A stretch of DNA of 64,000 nt, taken from positions 1 through 64,000 of the forward strand of contig CAVWIG010000013.1 in assembly GCA_963754945.1 (NCBI GenBank), read 5' to 3'. The position numbers and the translations under genes were made by a program. The notes under the pieces were generated by a model, which worked only from the letters and a program-made list of their open reading frames with translations, made no database searches and was not told the DNA's origin. Positions within the stretch are counted from its first letter, which is position 1; each line of letters starts with the position of its first letter. Below are positions 9,979 to 20,243 of this stretch, one piece after another. The stretch is from Methanotrichaceae archaeon (GTDB lineage Archaea; Halobacteriota; Methanosarcinia; Methanotrichales; Methanotrichaceae).

Positions 9979-11036
9979 TGTATAGTCCTGAAATGATTGA
10001 CTTTATATACTCTGCCTCGCGAGATATATTCGAAATTATTCATTTAATTCAGTCTCCATGAGTTTAAGAAACAGATTTAGCATGCAGGCTTGTGGCAATC
10101 TGGATAAGAAGGCATCATCTGGAGTCTGTAGATAGTGCTTTGTATCCAGGCTTTCGTGATAGCGAACTGTGTTATACCAATTCACGAAAATGTCAAAGGA
10201 TTCAAATTTATTCCTTTGTTTTTCGTATAAATCATACCATTTTTCGACTTTGCCATTGGTCTGAGGATGTTTAACCCTGGCCATGATATGCTTAATTCCA
10301 GATTCTTTAAGAAAGGCTTCGAAGCAGCTTTCGCTATTTCCACTGCTATCTTTTTTATTAGCACAGAACTGGCTACCATGGTCGGTTATGACTTGCTCAA
10401 TCTTTCTTATTGCTCCGAACTTTATCAGCACTTCCTGAATCAGGTTTATGCTGGTCTGTGCTGTAGCTGCATCGAACTCTCCTCCGGCAAGAATGCGTCT
10501 TGAACTGTCATCAAGGACAATGCACACTTCCTTTCGATTGATCTTGCTGGTATGCCAATCAAGGTGAACTGCGGTCAAGCTATGCTTTCTCTCGTACCTA
10601 ATCCAGGGCTTTCTGCGATTCTTCTTTTTCTTGTTCTCACTCGCCAGTCCCGCTTCAAGCAGAACTTCATGAATCGCATTGTGTGGGACATGCTTATGAT
10701 ATTTGAATTCCAGGACCTTTTCCAACCGCCTCGCACCTAATTTTTGCTCTTTGTGGATTTCTATTATCTGAACCCTGGTCTCACTATCAACTTCTTTCTT
10801 CTTCCTTCCTGATTTCTTTATCGGCAATGCCTCTCGATTCTCTAGCCAATACATCCAAACTCTCTTTACCGTAGAGATGCTTACCTTCATCTCTGCGGCA
10901 ATCCTTTTTGTGCTTTTGTTATTGATTTTGCTTCGAATGATGTATTTATCTTCCTCCTGGTTAGCTTTACGGCTTTATTGCGTTTACCCATGAACCAATC
11001 AAGGGTATATAAAGTCAAAGATTTAGGGACTATACA
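9979..11036 (-). mobile_element. IS481-family insertion sequence
   Basis: Imperfect 32-bp TIRs TGTATAGTCC..TTGACTTTATATAC at both ends; rve-type transposase inside; no target duplication. Confidence 0.9.
10036..10991 (-). CDS. IS481 transposase (frameshift near the N-terminus)
   Basis: HLDW, LDDSSR, TDHGSQF, PQTNGKVE. ATG10991 joins the main ORF if one A is added. Confidence 0.88.
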
Positions 11037-11142
11037 CACAGAACCTTGAATGAAAATCTATTTAGTTATGATGCGTATAAGTAAGATGGGACCGAAGGAA
11101 AGGATTTATCTAGCGTCATGATGTACAGAGGAGACACCAGCT

Positions 11143-12021
11143 ATGCCTGTCGTAACCGTCGATGAAGCTAAACATCTAGTAGAGAAATGGATGCAAGATA
11201 GAAAATTCTCTACTCCATCTCAACAAATGCCTGACGAGTCTTTACAAGAGGTAAATTTCAGCTATAATGGCAAAACCGAAACGGGCTTTGGTTTTATAGT
11301 AATACAGCCAAAGCAGGCAACGAGAGTTATTATCATGGCATCTAGATTGGATGTGGCCAAATCTCATGCTGATGCATTAGGTTCTATGAAAGCACGTAAA
11401 CTTGAAGATCTCTTATGGGAATTAAAGAAGGAATTGGTATTATCTACGGCTTCATACATGATTATGCCACCAACAGGGATTCCAAAATCAATTCAATTCT
11501 CGCGGGAAATAAGCTTTGACGAGCTTACTGAAGGAAAACTAGCTGATGCTTTGGGTAGTATTACGAAGTCAATGGTGTTAACGATATTACTATTCAGTAA
11601 AGATTTGGGCAGGGGAATTAAGGGCATGGATTTTAGTAGTATGCAGGATGTTGGATGCATAACATCGTCAGTATATCACATAGAAGGTATAGTACCGTCT
11701 CTCACCTCTCAGAGGTTGGATGTTTATCAAAGACAACCTAGGGAATTGGACAGATTAAAAGTAAATGAGATATCATTAGAGGACGAATCGTTACTCTGTT
11801 CTCCCTCTAAAATAGATAAGACGCTTAGGAGAGTAATTACGCAAGGCACACCTGCGGAGGAAATCATGAAACATTCGGGAATATATACCCCAACAAACGA
11901 CCAGTTTGAATATGATATAGCAATTCCATCGCCTCCGCCTAATCGTAGGTATAAGGTCACACTTAAAATAAGAACTATCAAGAAAGGTAAACCGACCATT
12001 GTTGATTCAGACTGGATCTAA
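11143..12021 (+). CDS. Hypothetical protein with DUF2299/YbjN-like N-terminal half (possibly two fused genes)
   Basis: N-terminal 160 aa resemble DUF2299 (recalled, not searched). Internal Met163 may start a second unit. Confidence 0.5.
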   Translation: MPVVTVDEAKHLVEKWMQDRKFSTPSQQMPDESLQEVNFSYNGKTETGFGFIVIQPKQATRVIIMASRLDVAKSHADALGSMKARKLEDLLWELKKELVLSTASYMIMPPTGIPKSIQFSREISFDELTEGKLADALGSITKSMVLTILLFSKDLGRGIKGMDFSSMQDVGCITSSVYHIEGIVPSLTSQRLDVYQRQPRELDRLKVNEISLEDESLLCSPSKIDKTLRRVITQGTPAEEIMKHSGIYTPTNDQFEYDIAIPSPPPNRRYKVTLKIRTIKKGKPTIVDSDWI

Positions 12022-12038
12022 GGCATGGAGGGATAGTA

Positions 12039-12581
12039 TTGACTACGGATTATCCTTGGTATGCGATAGTACAAAATACAGACGAAATCGAACAAGGAGA
12101 CGTACTTAGATCATGGCCGGTAATAATCCCAGAAGAATGGATAGGTGGTACTGGGGATGTCAACACCGATATCGATGAAAAGGATATGATAATAATGAGT
12201 CAATCATGCGATATTCAACATAATAAAATCGATAATGCTTTGGTCTGCCCCTTGTGGGATATCGATAAATTAGGAAAGTACACGAGCGCGGGAGATAGAA
12301 ATAAACTAAAGAAAGGAGAAATTATTGCATATCACTTATTAAATAAATGTGATCTCGCTGATTTATCTGAGTGTGGACTTTCTGAACTAACTGGAAAATA
12401 CTTGGCGGTCGATTTTAGGAATGCCTATAGTATACCATTGAGGTTCCTGAAAGATGGAGTAGAAGCTAGAGGGGAAAAGCGATTGCGGTTGCTACCACCA
12501 TATAAAGAACATTTATCGCAAGCTTTTGCCAGATTCATCATGCGGGTTGGCTTACCAAAAGAGATCCCTGATTTCGTATGA
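12039..12581 (+). CDS. Conserved hypothetical protein, PemK/MazF-like fold suspected
   Basis: EQGDVL...MSQSCDI...VCPL...RLLPPYKEHLSQAFARFIMRVGLP. Confidence 0.55.
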   Translation: MTTDYPWYAIVQNTDEIEQGDVLRSWPVIIPEEWIGGTGDVNTDIDEKDMIIMSQSCDIQHNKIDNALVCPLWDIDKLGKYTSAGDRNKLKKGEIIAYHLLNKCDLADLSECGLSELTGKYLAVDFRNAYSIPLRFLKDGVEARGEKRLRLLPPYKEHLSQAFARFIMRVGLPKEIPDFV

Positions 12582-12926
12582 TAAAGCGATTTCAATAGAA
12601 CTCATTTTTATTATGTATTGATGATATAGGGTCTTCTTTTGCCTCAATCTAACTCTTTAAATAACTCAGCTACCGAGTTTTGACAGGTTAGTCTCAATGT
12701 TTCAACTACCGACAACTTGACAGAACCGTCTGTCTACTCAGAGACGTTGGTCGAAGGTCAACGCTTCATTGACTACCAATGGGCGTTAATTACATTCAGT
12801 GCATATAATTACTGAGTAAATTTTCACTTGATATTAAGGTGAATCTAAGCGTCGTTAATGTCTTATTCTTCCTGTGATAAATGTGTGTCGGCATCTCAAC
12901 TCACCATTGAAGATGCAAGGGCGGGC

Positions 12927-13085
12927 TCAAGCCTGTCCCTTCTTAATCTCATTTTTAAGTTGGGCTACTGCGACTTCAAGCGCATGAGTGCGACTGGCAA
13001 AGCGTCTATTTTCGATTTCCTTGTCTATCCAGTCCACTAAATCAGAATCCATTGAGGCTGTAACTTTTACCTTCTCGTCTGCCAT
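12927..13085 (-). CDS. Ribbon-helix-helix (CopG/Arc/MetJ) regulator, 52 aa, not in the ORF track
   Basis: Translated by hand: MADEKVKVTASMDSDLVDWIDKEIENRRFASRTHALEVAVAQLKNEIKKGQA. Confidence 0.8.
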   Translation of the reverse strand: MADEKVKVTASMDSDLVDWIDKEIENRRFASRTHALEVAVAQLKNEIKKGQA

Positions 13086-13107
13086 GTTGTGATGTATTTC
13101 TTTTCTG

Positions 13108-13157
13108 TCGTATTTAAGTCTATCTTATACTCAATAATACGATACGCTTAAATACGA
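13108..13157. promoter_or_regulatory. Divergent promoter/operator with an 11-bp inverted repeat
   Basis: TCGTATTTAAG (13108-13118) and CTTAAATACGA (13147-13157), each containing a TATA-like TTAAATA; extra ATACG repeats between them. Confidence 0.6.
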
Positions 13158-13187
13158 TAAATGCGTATAATAGATTGGTGAGTTGAG

Positions 13188-13445
13188 ATGTCTGAAAGAA
13201 GACCTTTAGAACTGGCAGGCATAGACGAGCTTGAGGGAATCCTGGAAGAGACGCGCCCCTTAGTGGTCCTAAACCCACAGCGCAAGAACGACCCGGAGAT
13301 AATCAATAACCTGTGGACAATCTGCAAAATGCAACAGCCAATGATTTGCAAGCTGCTCTTTCAGGTTGACGCGATGCAAAGGGGGTCTGGGTATGACCAG
13401 GTGCGCATTGAGCATCAGATAGAGCTGCAGAGAATGGAGGCTTGA
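13188..13445 (+). CDS. Small hypothetical protein (virus/plasmid-like)
   Basis: 85-aa ORF with a GGTGA site upstream, tightly coupled to the next ORF. Confidence 0.55.
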   Translation: MSERRPLELAGIDELEGILEETRPLVVLNPQRKNDPEIINNLWTICKMQQPMICKLLFQVDAMQRGSGYDQVRIEHQIELQRMEA

Positions 13446-13448
13446 ACG

Positions 13449-13757
13449 ATGCAAGTAGTCTGCAATAAATGCGGCTGGACTGAAAAAGGACTTACCAAGT
13501 CGCAGGCCTACGATCTGGCTCGATATGTAGGATGCCAGGCTGTAGGATGTGAGGGTGGTAATCTTGCAGTCCTTGAAGATGTTCCAGTTGCTAAGGCAAA
13601 GCAGCCAACCTGGCAAGCCTATTGTCTGCATTGCGGTCAGATCGCTGAGTCTTCATGTGGAGATGACATGGAGCAGGCCGCAAAGGCTCACAAGAAGAGC
13701 AATCCTGAGCATTGCGTTATGATTGCAAGCGAGATCCTGGCAAATGAGGTGGTATAA
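13449..13757 (+). CDS. Small zinc-finger protein (virus-like)
   Basis: CNKC, C...C, CLHC and H.....H motifs. Confidence 0.6.
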   Translation: MQVVCNKCGWTEKGLTKSQAYDLARYVGCQAVGCEGGNLAVLEDVPVAKAKQPTWQAYCLHCGQIAESSCGDDMEQAAKAHKKSNPEHCVMIASEILANEVV

Positions 13758-14300
13758 ATGGAAACAAAATAAGTTGTCCACAAGAACGAGCAGCCTATGA
13801 AGATCCTCCTGCAGAAATCAAAACCGGGTACCGTTGGTAGATCAGCGTACAGGGTAAGAATATTGCCGAGATCCTGCCGGAACTCAGATCAGCAAATGCA
13901 GCCTTGAAAAGAGAAGATAAGAAGTGCGAGTTATATGCACTTCCTCAGCATCCCACAGCATCGAGAATGCTGGTAATCTGCTCAATTTTTGGCGTGATCT
14001 CTTTGACTGCCTTGTCTTCGGCTGCTTTGGCTTCGGCAAGGGCCTTCTTACGTTGTACCACAGCAAGATTGGCTTAAGCCGCGTCAATTGAAGCGCAACT
14101 CTTTATCGCATCCCCGAGCCAATTCTGGTACATTTTTTGAGCGTTTGCCCTGTTGCTCCGAGCCCCTTCGGGCTGGTGCTGAAGGTGATTCAAAAGAGGA
14201 GCGCCAATTTCATTAATCAACGTGTCGCATTAATTGTAAGTTAAAGATTGGCCTGGGGCTAAGAACTTAAGGCCACATCCAACCCACAGAGGCGATCACG

Positions 14301-14807
14301 TTGAACGACACAGAGAATGAAATAAAGATGGATATGGATCTAGAAAGCAAAAAGCAGGCACTGGCAGACTACCTTAAGATCGATCCGACAGAAATATTGG
14401 CTTGTTCTGCAAGGCTCAACGATTTGGCCACGTTCCAGGCACAAAAAGCGATCTACGTGGTTGGAACCGACGAGGAGGTCGATCTAGGCATACGCGGATA
14501 CTTCGAGAACAACCTATCAGAGCTCGATTCTGCATTTATAGGAAAGACTGCCAAGTTATCTTCAGACGATGCCCATATGGTGGACAGGTTGTGCCAGATA
14601 ATGGACGAGGATATTGAAACCGACATTCTGAACGAAGCCATCTTGAGCGTAGTGAAAAAATGCGGTGACCTTGAAGAGCTGATCGGTGCTGCTGTGGCGG
14701 GTTTAGATAGAGGCCAGTTCCTATCAGAGGATGGAAAGGAAATATCCTTCGGAAATTACTTCATCTACAGGTTCCGCAAAGGGCAGTGCTCAGATTTCGA
14801 ATATTGA
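14301..14807 (+). CDS. Acidic hypothetical protein
   Basis: 168-aa ORF with host-like codon usage. Confidence 0.65.
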   Translation: MNDTENEIKMDMDLESKKQALADYLKIDPTEILACSARLNDLATFQAQKAIYVVGTDEEVDLGIRGYFENNLSELDSAFIGKTAKLSSDDAHMVDRLCQIMDEDIETDILNEAILSVVKKCGDLEELIGAAVAGLDRGQFLSEDGKEISFGNYFIYRFRKGQCSDFEY

Positions 14808-14917
14808 AATGCAAGCTGGGGTCTGCGCAGATCAACTGGGAATTTACTTCGTGTGAGACGGTTAAGCTTGAGTTTGGGTTAAAAAGCTGTTAAGTGCAAA
14901 CAAGCAGTTTGAAACAT

Positions 14918-15415
14918 TCAGCTGTTCACTCCCCAAACTCCATTCACCATCAGACTGTTACTATCGAGATTCTCGCTGTCGAAGACCACCAGCTCAAAAA
15001 CAATGCCCTCGCCGGTCTCCTCGGCGTAGACCGAGTACCTCTCTTCAATCCGGTCCAATATCTCCTCGGCCATGTTCATTCCATGCTCTACCTCGAAGTT
15101 TCTGACGTCCTCGAAGGTGACATTATGGGCTGCTGCTGCTCGCTCTTTTATCTCCTCGAAGGCATCCGGGCTCTCAGAGATCATTAAGGATATCTTGAAG
15201 CCTCCAATCCCGTCATCGTAAAGCTCTATAGCTAGCAGAAAATGCCTGGTTTCGTCCACAACATCCATCGCGCCCTCCTGCTTGAGCTTGTCCACCAAGG
15301 ACTTAGAAAGACCGATACCGTCCGCGGTTCGTTGCATTTCCTCGAAGAGTGGAGAATAGGCATCCGCTGCCTCATCGGCTATGATGTTCCAGAGGCCGTA
15401 GGTCAGGCTGTACAA
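14918..15415 (-). CDS. Acidic hypothetical protein
   Basis: 165-aa ORF with host-like codon usage. Confidence 0.65.
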   Translation of the reverse strand: MYSLTYGLWNIIADEAADAYSPLFEEMQRTADGIGLSKSLVDKLKQEGAMDVVDETRHFLLAIELYDDGIGGFKISLMISESPDAFEEIKERAAAAHNVTFEDVRNFEVEHGMNMAEEILDRIEERYSVYAEETGEGIVFELVVFDSENLDSNSLMVNGVWGVNS

Positions 15416-15561
15416 GGGAGATACCTTCGTGGTGATTTAGTCTAGGTCTATAAAAAATGAGATTATGGTTTTGGCGACGCAGTTGCTAACTAGTAACTCA
15501 TCATACGGATCAACGGAAATTATGATCTAACTATGTCTCCTGCTGGCTCAAAAGGAAAAAG

Positions 15562-16170
15562 CTATTGGTCGCCAGATCCCATTTCCTTGATTTTTTTCAG
15601 GTCGGAGACAAAGGCTTCCTGAAGGTTATTATTCCTGAGGACCGCTGCCGGATGAAATGTGACCAGAAACCGACCTTGTAGGACCTGACCACGAAGTGCG
15701 GTTACACCCTGAAGATTCAGCAGCGCCCCTACTGCCACATTTCCCATCAGTCCGACGACTCTTGGGTGAACCAGATCGATCTGAGATTGCAGGTAATGGT
15801 GACATGATTCTATCTCGATGCTCTTGGGTTTCCTGTTGAGTGGCGGGCGGCATTTAACCACGCTGGTTATGAAAACCTCTGACCTATTGATCCCCGCAAG
15901 ACCCAATGATCGATCTAACAAGCGCCCAGCCCTGCCCACGAAGGGCCGACCGGTTACGTCTTCCTCGGCTCCGGGAGCCTCCCCCACAAGCATGATCCCT
16001 GCAGGACAGGGGCCCTCGCCAGGGACGGCCTTGGTCCTGCCGAGAGCGAGATCGCAAAGCTGGCACGACAATATTTTGGAGTGAAGTAGATCGAGATTCA
16101 TCAAATAGGGTAAACCTGACCGGTGAAAATCTTTTCTCATCAAACGAAAGATTCTTAACTGGAGAAGCAA
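15562..16170 (-). CDS. udg: Uracil-DNA glycosylase family 4 (true start probably ~16101)
   Basis: CQLC, GEAPG, PFVGRAG, VVKCRPP, HPAA. Confidence 0.92.
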   Translation of the reverse strand: MLLQLRIFRLMRKDFHRSGLPYLMNLDLLHSKILSCQLCDLALGRTKAVPGEGPCPAGIMLVGEAPGAEEDVTGRPFVGRAGRLLDRSLGLAGINRSEVFITSVVKCRPPLNRKPKSIEIESCHHYLQSQIDLVHPRVVGLMGNVAVGALLNLQGVTALRGQVLQGRFLVTFHPAAVLRNNNLQEAFVSDLKKIKEMGSGDQ

Positions 16171-16184
16171 TTGAAGGCTAGTAG

Positions 16185-16430
16185 GTGGCGCAGATGAGAT
16201 TCACGGAGATTACCTATCCAATGAGAAAGTTTGACGATCTCTATTATACAATAGAACGGATAGTTTATGGCCGAGGGAACCTCAAGGGCTTTACATCCGA
16301 GGATATCTACAACAACCTTAGGGATAAGCGTTTCTTCAGGGATGCACAGGATCTCAACAGATTCTTGTTAGAGAACGATAAGAAGTTCAAGATCAGAAAG
16401 GCAAACGGCGGCTGGGAGCGCTACTGGTAG
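16185..16430 (+). CDS. Small hypothetical protein (possible winged helix)
   Basis: 81-aa ORF. Confidence 0.5.
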   Translation: MAQMRFTEITYPMRKFDDLYYTIERIVYGRGNLKGFTSEDIYNNLRDKRFFRDAQDLNRFLLENDKKFKIRKANGGWERYW

Positions 16431-16449
16431 CGCTACAATTAGCCCGCCC

Positions 16450-17718
16450 TCAGCGAATCTTTTCTGTGAAATAGATATTCCTATCGTCAATTCCTAGCTC
16501 GACGAACCTTCCCGTAGCAAGGACTCTATGGCTGTACTTCAGCGGTGCAACCCTTGTCCCAGGCAGCACTGTGGATTCAGCCGGTAGAATCACATCCTCT
16601 CCGATTACTGGTATCCTGCCGTTGGCGTGGGGCTGATCTGCGTCCAGCACGCAGTTGGTCCCGATGGTGGAATGCCTTCCGACGATTGTCTTGTTTACGA
16701 TCACGCCACGCTTGATGTTGGAGAAGCTCATTACCATGCTCTTTCTGATCTCCACGTCCCTCTCGATCATACTAGTGTGGCCGATGTGGGAGTCCTCTAT
16801 GACAGTGCCACGCTCGATGCGGCAGTTTCTGCCGATGGATACGTTGCCTCGAAGCTCGATTTCTCCTGTGTCCAGATCCTTCTGTATCTTGGCAAGAGTG
16901 CTGGGATGTATCCATTGATGGGGCTTATACTCATGGCGAAGATTGAAATGCTTTACTTCGCTGGCAAGGACGTCCATGGCCGCCTGGTGCAACCGTTCAG
17001 GAGTGCCTATGTCAATCCAGTAGCCATTGATGGGATAGCCGTAGACATCGTATCCGTGCTCGGTCAAGTATGGAATCAGATCACCACCGATGTCCCTTGC
17101 CGCATCGCCCATATCGTGCAGCACTTTTCGGATCTCCGGCGAGAATAGATAAAATGCGGTGTTGATCATCCTGGATGGCTCGGTGCCGTTCTTAGGCTTC
17201 TCGACAAAGCGTTTTATGCGGAGGTCATAATCGATATCTGCAACTCCGTACTGGGAGACGTTCTCTCCTGGCTCCATCTGCTTTACTGCTACAGTAAGGA
17301 CAGGCTTATGCTGGTGATGGAACTCGATGAACTTTTTAAGATCGATATCGATCAGGTTGTCCCCAGAGACAACAAGAATATCGTCGTTTATGTCGAAGTA
17401 GTTGATGTTATACCGAAGAGAGTCTGCGCTCCCTCTATCGTCATACTGGGGCTGGTAACAGAATCCGTCCGGGTCGCTGATGCCCAACCGCTTGAAGAAA
17501 CCTTCCCCAGCCTTGAAGTAGTTGGATAGCTCCAGTGTGTTGTTCGCGCCTCTGCTTCCCAGAATGAATCGGCGGCAGCCCTGGACTGCCAGCAGCCTGA
17601 ACAGGACGGCTATTATGGCAGTATCGCATAATTCAACCAACGGTTTAGGCTGGTTTAGTGTGAGAGGGTATAGCCTGGTCCCGCTTCCGCCGACAGTTGC
17701 CAGTACTTGGGGGCTCAT
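16450..17718 (-). CDS. NDP-sugar synthase (GlgC/GCD1-like nucleotidyltransferase with left-handed beta-helix)
   Basis: GGSGTRLYPLT..PKPL, SGDN, FVEKP, YWIDIGT and hexapeptide repeats. Start placed at MSPQVL. Confidence 0.88.
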   Translation of the reverse strand: MSPQVLATVGGSGTRLYPLTLNQPKPLVELCDTAIIAVLFRLLAVQGCRRFILGSRGANNTLELSNYFKAGEGFFKRLGISDPDGFCYQPQYDDRGSADSLRYNINYFDINDDILVVSGDNLIDIDLKKFIEFHHQHKPVLTVAVKQMEPGENVSQYGVADIDYDLRIKRFVEKPKNGTEPSRMINTAFYLFSPEIRKVLHDMGDAARDIGGDLIPYLTEHGYDVYGYPINGYWIDIGTPERLHQAAMDVLASEVKHFNLRHEYKPHQWIHPSTLAKIQKDLDTGEIELRGNVSIGRNCRIERGTVIEDSHIGHTSMIERDVEIRKSMVMSFSNIKRGVIVNKTIVGRHSTIGTNCVLDADQPHANGRIPVIGEDVILPAESTVLPGTRVAPLKYSHRVLATGRFVELGIDDRNIYFTEKIR

Positions 17719-18177
17719 GATAATAGTATTTACGATATCATAAATATTAAGCCTGTCGCTGGAAGTCAGTAACCGCGCATCATCTTCATGATTATTCGAG
17801 CGATCATGAAGGCGATTAGGAACAGAACGACATATAAGATTATGGAGACCATTGCCATGTTTGGAGAACTGCATTACTGATTTATAGCTTTGACTGAAAC
17901 GAGCAATTCCCTTATTCAGAGGTTCGCGCCAAGGAGACGAAACAAGGCATTATCTATTCTACAATCCATTTCCGTGAAATTGTATCCTGATGCGAAGAGG
18001 ATATCCTTTAGAGCACAGATGAAATCATTGTATTTATTGGTGAATCCTTCGAAGGATGAAAATGTCGAAACTCGCAAAGGGTGCGCAATTGATATGAGAC
18101 CAATACTAAAAGAATTTATAAAGAATGGCTGGGAATAAGAAGATCATGGAGGGATAAAAATCGACAGAAGCGTTCTG

Positions 18178-18747
18178 ATGGGCTTTCTACCATGGATAGC
18201 CTTTGCTGTGTCCTCCAGCGTTCTTGGCTTTAAGGCTGGCGCCGTTATCGGGTTGGCCTTGCTGCTCCCGAACTTTGTAAGAATGGTCTTAAAGCGCGAT
18301 TTCATAATACTGGATGTCTTCGGCTTCGCGTTCTTCATCTTTCTTGTAATCACGAGTTTCACGCTCCGTAACAGTGACCTTGAAGGCTTTGTCAGGTGGT
18401 CGGCTGCGATGAGCTACGGAGGATTGGCTCTCATATCCTGGGCAACCATAGCAATTGGTGACCCCTTTACCAGGCAGTATGCTCGCAGATCTGTGCCGAA
18501 AGAATACTGGAAAAACGACTTATTTCTCAGCTCCACAATGTCAATGGCCGTTGGATGGAGCGCTGCTTTCTTGGGCGCCTTTGCAGTCTCCTTCGTTGGG
18601 GCTCTTTCTGGATTCAAAGTGGTCCTAATCCAAGGCCTGGCCTTGGGATGTATGCTTTTGGCCATCCTCTGGCACATGAGGGTCATGGACGAGACTCAGG
18701 CCAAGGCGAAGAAGATGCAGGAAGAACAGTCTAAAAAATTAGAATGA
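18178..18747 (+). CDS. Membrane protein
   Basis: About six hydrophobic helices; PFTRQYAR motif. Confidence 0.7.
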   Translation: MGFLPWIAFAVSSSVLGFKAGAVIGLALLLPNFVRMVLKRDFIILDVFGFAFFIFLVITSFTLRNSDLEGFVRWSAAMSYGGLALISWATIAIGDPFTRQYARRSVPKEYWKNDLFLSSTMSMAVGWSAAFLGAFAVSFVGALSGFKVVLIQGLALGCMLLAILWHMRVMDETQAKAKKMQEEQSKKLE

Positions 18748-18839
18748 TAATCCTCGATATTGAATTAAACCTTATTCCAAGATGGCCAGTTTAAATTGAG
18801 ATTCAAGGATATTTAAGACTTTGTTTCCAAATTAAAGTC

Positions 18840-20109
18840 GGTAGTGTGCCGAAATTTCTGTAATTTGGATTGCCCTGTAACCCATCCATTCAATCTGCGT
18901 CCATAGATAAATACTTTTTTAGCTGTCAGCCACTCTTCATTGATATTGATCAAGATCGATACGCCAAGCCTCATGAAAGAATTGTCGTTAGGAAAGGCAC
19001 CTACAACTCTACTCCTTCTTTTTAGCTCCTTGTTAATTCGTTCTAGTCCATTGGTAGTTCTAATCCTTCTCCAGTGCCCTGCAGGGAACGACCTGTAATT
19101 CCATAAACTGAATTTGAAGTGATCGATAGTATCTGCAGCCTTCGAATAACCCCTTTCTCGAAGTTCGACTTCCAGCTCCAGCATCTTAATTTCATCATCA
19201 AGAGCAACTTTGATCTTATCTGCTATCTCCTTATGATATTTCTTGGCAACATTTCTCAAGACGGCTCGGGTGAAATGAACATGACACATTTGCCAGGAGG
19301 CACCCAGGAATGAGTTCTCTACGGCTTTCTGTATGCCTTTATGGCCGTCTGAAGTAACTTGTTTGACTCCAGATAAGCCTCTATCCTTCAGCTCTTCAAA
19401 GATTCCAGACCAGAAGAGTTCATCTTCGCCATCGGCTATTCTTGCGCCAAGTATCTCGCGATATCCATCATCACGAATTCCAATAACTACGAGAAAAGCT
19501 TTGGTGACATACCTCGAATCGGTCCTTACCTTAAAGTAACTCGCATCCACAAAGAGGTAAGGAATGTCATGTTCGATCGGCCTTTTAAGGAAATTCTCTA
19601 CTTTCTCATCAAGCTCTTTTGATATCCTTGATACACTGGAGGCGGATAGATTTTCAATACCTAATTGAGAAACGATATCCTGGACTCTCCTGGTTGATAC
19701 TCCCTGCAGATAAGATTCGATTACAGCATTGATCAATGCCTTCTCAACCCGAGAATATCTGTCAAAGACTTCCGTCTCGAAAGGATATTCTCGAAACTGC
19801 GGTTTTTTGAGATTGAGCTCACCAACGCGTGTCTTCAGAGATCTTTCTTTGTAGCCGTTTCTGTGCGCTTTTCGAGACTCAATTCGCTGGTATGGTTCTG
19901 AACCTGACTGCTGAATTGACTCAAGCTGCATTACAAGATTCAAGAACCAAGTCAAGAGCTGCTTTATTCCTTCTTCCTGATCGATAAGATAATCTTCTAG
20001 GAGATCTTTAGGTATCATGGTCCTGTGTCCTCCTTTTCCCAATAAAGAACAGGATACAGGGCCTATAATCCTTGTTATTATCATTTTACAGAAAATTCGT
20101 TACACTGCC
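18840..20109 (-). mobile_element. IS256-family element (transposase 18813-20084 with a C-terminal frameshift)
   Basis: Ends GGTAGTGTGCCGA / GTTACACTGCC; YLFVDA, SDGHKG, RTTNGLER. No TSD seen. Confidence 0.93.
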
Positions 20110-20243
20110 AGTGTGGACAAGATAAAAAATTAATATAGACGAATCTTATTCGTCTCGATCAAACTATCTTAACTACCTATCCGATACAAGGAAAACTTAA
20201 TATATATTTTAATACTAATTATACAACTAAAGAGGCGTAAATT

